From an uncultured Lentisphaerales bacterium (GTDB taxonomy: Bacteria > Verrucomicrobiota > Lentisphaeria > JABSQK01 > UBA12247), in the NCBI GenBank assembly GCA_943788985.1, contig CALSSJ010000010.1, positions 128,001 through 192,000 on the forward strand: a DNA stretch of 64,000 bases, read 5' to 3'. The notes beneath the pieces are model-generated. The model worked only from the letters and a program-made list of their open reading frames with translations. It had not been told where the DNA came from and did no database searches. Shown piece after piece: positions 60,452 to 64,000 of the stretch (its first letter is position 1; each line of letters opens with the position of its first letter). The position numbers and the translations under genes were made by a program.

Positions 60452-62161
60452 CTATGGGGCTACCGAGAGGGCAAAGCAGGCTACTTCTCGGGCATTGCGC
60501 ACATAGAGACGATTGCCGACAATCAGAGGATGGTTCCAGGTTTTGCCCTTTAAGAGAGCGGCGCGGCCCAGTTCTTCGTGGGCATCGGGCGTGATTCGCA
60601 CCCAGACGCCCTCGCCGGTCTCGCTCAACACCAGCAGCGCTTCCGAGGCGGTAACTGCCAGCAACTGGCCCTTTCCATAACGGCCACCGCGCCAGGCGCG
60701 TTCACCAGTTTCGACCGAGATGCAAGTGAGCGTGCCGCCGTTAAAGCCGTAGAGGTAGCCATCCATAATCACGCAGTCGTTGAAGTCTGATTTCAGGTGG
60801 CGGCTTTTCCAGACCGACGCGCCAGAGATAGTGTCTTGGTCTCGAGAAAAGTTGACACGCTGAGCGCCGCTGTTGCCGATGATGATTACGTCATCGCCCA
60901 CGATCGCGGGTTGCAACACCCGGTAGCCGCGCTCCTGCCAGTCATAGTCCAGCAGCACCTTGCCCTGATGATCGTAGCCATGAAGGCCGGCGTTGGTCTG
61001 CATCAGGATGAGTTCCTGGCCCAGAAGTGTAGCCAAGTGCGCTGAGCCGTACGAATGGTCGCCCGCGGGCGCAGACCAGGCAAGCTCACCGGTCTCGATC
61101 TGAAAGGCCATGGTACCAAGCGCACCAGTGCCGCCCGCATGTACGATGACCAGCTCTCCGGTCACCAATGGTGAGGCGCTAAAGCCCCAGTCAGGCGGCG
61201 TCCGCTTGGCCAGTTCCTGCAGCCGTTGCTGCCAGACGATATCACCCGTAGCCGGGCTGAGGCGTAGCAGTGCTCCGTTTGCCCCCAGCGTAAACAGGCC
61301 ACCCGCGGCCAGCGTGGGCGTGGCGCGAGGCCCGGGCCCGCCAAGCGCTTCATCGAACCGCGTCTCTAGAGATTGCACCCAGACCACTTCGCCAGTGGCG
61401 GCCTGGTAGCAGACCACTGCCTCGTGATCGCCGCGCTGCTCTTGGGTATAGAGATAGCCGTTGGCGCTGGCGAAGGAAGACCAGCCGGGTGCGACTTCGC
61501 GGCGCCACAGAGCCTGCGGCGGGTTGTCCGACCAGTTCGTGGCAAAGCGCAGGCCACTTAGAATGCCGTCTCGGCGTGGTCCTCGATATCCAGGCCAGTC
61601 GGGTGCTGAGTCAGCCGCTGACTCGACCTGTCGGGCAGGCCCGTCTACCTTGGTTGCGAACTTCGCAACCGTCTTCCAGCGAAAGACAAAGCTGGCGCTG
61701 TAGTCGCCCCACATCCCGTCATTGCGAACCAGAGCGGCGACTGCAAAGGCGCAGGCGCAGCACCCGAGGATGAGAAAGCGCCGGTGTTGATGGCCCGCGA
61801 AGAGAATTGCGGACAGCGCAAACACGCCCATTCCCAAAGGAACAGCGAGCAGGATGGTGCCCGGGCCGCGCATACTCGGATCCCCCACAACGACCGCAAG
61901 GACCGCGCTCGCGACACAGCCCACGCCCACAAGCGCACGCTCCCGACCGGGAGCACGGCTGAGCGTCAGCCACCAGAATAGAATAAGGGCCCCGCAGCCC
62001 GCAGGGCCCATGGCGGCAACGACCGAGACCCAACTCGGGAGATCGCCGGGTAGCAACGGCAAGCCGCGCAGCACCAAGATACCAACCAAAAGGAATCCCG
62101 CCGGCCAGGTACGAAGTGGCTGCGGGGTAGGGTGGGGATTGTCGCCTGGCTGATTGTCCAT
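60452..62161 (-). CDS. Membrane-anchored PQQ-like beta-propeller protein
   Basis: N-terminal TMs, WPGYRGPRRDG, GPRATP, WGFSASP, RYGKGQ and KTWNHP. Confidence 0.88.
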   Translation of the reverse strand: MDNQPGDNPHPTPQPLRTWPAGFLLVGILVLRGLPLLPGDLPSWVSVVAAMGPAGCGALILFWWLTLSRAPGRERALVGVGCVASAVLAVVVGDPSMRGPGTILLAVPLGMGVFALSAILFAGHQHRRFLILGCCACAFAVAALVRNDGMWGDYSASFVFRWKTVAKFATKVDGPARQVESAADSAPDWPGYRGPRRDGILSGLRFATNWSDNPPQALWRREVAPGWSSFASANGYLYTQEQRGDHEAVVCYQAATGEVVWVQSLETRFDEALGGPGPRATPTLAAGGLFTLGANGALLRLSPATGDIVWQQRLQELAKRTPPDWGFSASPLVTGELVIVHAGGTGALGTMAFQIETGELAWSAPAGDHSYGSAHLATLLGQELILMQTNAGLHGYDHQGKVLLDYDWQERGYRVLQPAIVGDDVIIIGNSGAQRVNFSRDQDTISGASVWKSRHLKSDFNDCVIMDGYLYGFNGGTLTCISVETGERAWRGGRYGKGQLLAVTASEALLVLSETGEGVWVRITPDAHEELGRAALLKGKTWNHPLIVGNRLYVRNAREVACFALSVAP

Positions 62162-62243
62162 GTGCTGCTCATCCAAAGGAGGTGCTGAGCTAGTAGCATA
62201 AGCGGCACTTCTTGTGCAGGCAAGTCGCCCGATCTCTGTAACC

Positions 62244-62272
62244 TTTACATATCGAGACCTAGCGATATATTG
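62244..62272 (+). promoter_or_regulatory. Sigma70 promoter overlapped by a palindromic operator
   Basis: TTTACA-N17-TATATT with ATATCG-N8-CGATAT (62249-62268) across the spacer. Confidence 0.65.
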
Positions 62273-62299
62273 AGGTATCTTAAAAAGAGAAGTCAAGCG

Positions 62300-62608
62300 A
62301 TGAATAGAAGTGTGAATTTTCAGCAGGCGGCCGAGTGCCTGAAGGTGTTGGCGCATCCGGTCCGGCTGCAGATGGTGCAGTTGCTGTTGGCTGGCCGCTA
62401 TACGGTGGGCGAGATCGCAGAGGCATGCGGTGTGCTGGATAACGTGGCCTCGGAGCATCTGCGGCTGATGCAGCGCTGCGGCTTTTTCGTAAGCGAGCGA
62501 GAAGGTCGCCGGGTGTTCTATACGGTTTCTGAACCGCATTTGTCGGAGATCATGGCCTGCATCGAGGCGAGATTTGGCGTAGAACCTAACATGGAGGAAG
62601 CAACATGA
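62300..62608 (+). CDS. ArsR/SmtB family regulator
   Basis: LKVLAHPVRL, SEHLRLM and REGRRVFY. Four Cys residues. Confidence 0.92.
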   Translation: MNRSVNFQQAAECLKVLAHPVRLQMVQLLLAGRYTVGEIAEACGVLDNVASEHLRLMQRCGFFVSEREGRRVFYTVSEPHLSEIMACIEARFGVEPNMEEAT

Positions 62609-63114
62609 GTACAGTAGAAACGATCGCCGCGGAGGCTCTGCGAGGGCAAGACGATGTGGTGTTGTTGGACGTAAGAACGCATGCTGAGTTTCGGGCGCTG
62701 CATGCCAGCCCGGCACGAAACGTGCCGCTGAGTGATTTGGACGCAGCTGCGCTGGCCAAAGAGCTGGCGGCTGATTCGGTGTACGTGATCTGCAAGGCTG
62801 GGAGTCGCTCGGAGCAGGCCTGCAGAAAGCTGTCGGCCGCTGGGCTGAAGAGTGCCATCAGTGTTGCAGGTGGAACCGATGCCTGGGTGACTGCAGGGCT
62901 TCCGGTCAGGCGAGGCCAGGATGCGATGTCACTGGAACGGCAGGTCCGCATCGCGGCAGGGTTACTAGTGGTGATCGGCGTGATCGGGGCTCAGTTGTGG
63001 CACCCTGCGGTGATCTGGCTGTCGGGCTTCGTTGGGGCTGGGCTTGTCTTTGCGGGCATCACCAACACCTGCGGCATGGGCCTACTCTTGGCGCGCATGC
63101 CCTGGAATCGCTGA
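62605..63114 (+). CDS. Rhodanese + DUF2892 membrane protein (YgaP-like)
   Basis: DVRT..EF, CKAGSRS, GGTDAW, ERQVRIAAG and CGMGLLLARMPWN. Confidence 0.92.
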   Translation: MSTVETIAAEALRGQDDVVLLDVRTHAEFRALHASPARNVPLSDLDAAALAKELAADSVYVICKAGSRSEQACRKLSAAGLKSAISVAGGTDAWVTAGLPVRRGQDAMSLERQVRIAAGLLVVIGVIGAQLWHPAVIWLSGFVGAGLVFAGITNTCGMGLLLARMPWNR

Positions 63115-63224
63115 GGCGGCTCAGGCTGGTCGGGCAGCTACGGTAACAGCCAGTTGCTCGGCAAACTCTGCGTAGTACACAAACTCTTCGTCTGTAAATG
63201 CGTCTTTGTGGGTGCGGGCCACAA

Positions 63225-63956
63225 TCAAGAGCGCGTGGACTCAGCTGTCTCTGGTTGCTGGACATGACGCGTGCCGTCTACCAGTGCGGGCGCAGCGAAT
63301 AGATCGCTCTTGTCCACTGGAAGCCTAAGCAAAGGCCCGGGCGCGCTCTTGGCGATTTTTCTGTCCATTGTGGGGGCGGTGGTGCCGTCGAGCGGTACAT
63401 AGACAGGGCCATCGATATCCCCGCGCCGCTCTAACGCTTCCAGCACTGTGGCAATCGACTCGGCACCCGTGGCGACGCGACGCAGGTCCTCGAGGAGTCG
63501 CAGGCGGTTCTTGTAGACCTCGTAGCGCCCTGAATCGAGCCGGCTTAGCGTTTGCGCCAGCACTGATGCAAGCGCGCGGGCCAACTTGCGTTGTGGCTCG
63601 CTCAGGGTCTTCACCGGCTCCTCAGCGCGGCGGAGAGTCCCGAGCAGGCGCGCGTTAACCGTTACTGGAAGCAGCAGAAAGGCTGGCCCCAGCTCTTGGC
63701 ATGGAGTGGCACGCGGGAGGTCATGACCTAGCCAAAGGACTCGAGGCGACTGACATCGGTGGCCGCGGTGCGCTGGTCGGTCGCGCAATAGCAGACCAGC
63801 TGGCGGGCTTTGTCCCAGAGCCCTACGGCGGCCTTGCTGCCTTGGACGGCTTGTTCGATTTACTCGATGGCGATTTTGGCCAGCTGGCTGTGGTCCGCTG
63901 TCGCAGGCAGTCTTGGCGCATGCATGCGTGAGCGTGGATAGCACCCCCGGTCTCAT
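63225..63956 (-). pseudogene. Disrupted GAF-like protein
   Basis: One frame gives QLAKIAIE*IEQAVQGSKAAVGLWD and another gives LLLPVTVNARLLGTL..LARALASVLAQTL. Together they resemble a GAF domain with stops and a frameshift. Confidence 0.4.
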
Positions 63957-64000
63957 GGCGTAGCGACGCCTCTGCCTGGCGGCACCGCCGGCGCGCTCGC

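Noticed and set aside
60452..62716. 754-aa version of the PQQ-propeller ORF
   Set aside because: The extension is antisense to the ArsR and rhodanese genes. The start at 62161 is more plausible.

Overview
This is a gene-dense bacterial chromosomal window, GC-rich by eye. The gene content suggests a PVC-superphylum organism, plausibly Lentisphaerota; that is inference from DUF481, PQQ-propeller and TMTC-TPR genes and pseudopilins lacking Gly(-1). Housekeeping genes include pdxST, rpsB-tsf-pyrH (no frr follows), pyrG, hemG, tyrA, murJ, murF, tatC, recC, tadA, aroA and tRNA-Gly(GCC). There is also a gspH-I-J-K pseudopilin block, a 10-gene MoxR/DUF58/SpoIIM/RDD operon with three Cys-rich zinc-finger membrane proteins, an ArsR-rhodanese unit and a small putative toxin-antitoxin pair. 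About nine decayed or degenerate genes lie between the intact operons (alpha-2-macroglobulin, GH127, GspE/PilB ATPase, two AAA ATPases, a RAYT transposase, a GAF protein and two hypothetical genes). The best leads are: (1) a split TrcP-like tRNA editing module (stand-alone zinc deaminase-like gene overlapping an RluA gene) directly behind a catalytically degenerate uracil-DNA glycosylase; (2) an in-frame MurF-TatC fusion; (3) the extended MoxR operon with B-box-like proteins. I saw no CRISPR array, rRNA, prophage or intact mobile element. All family assignments come from motif recognition by eye, not from database searches.
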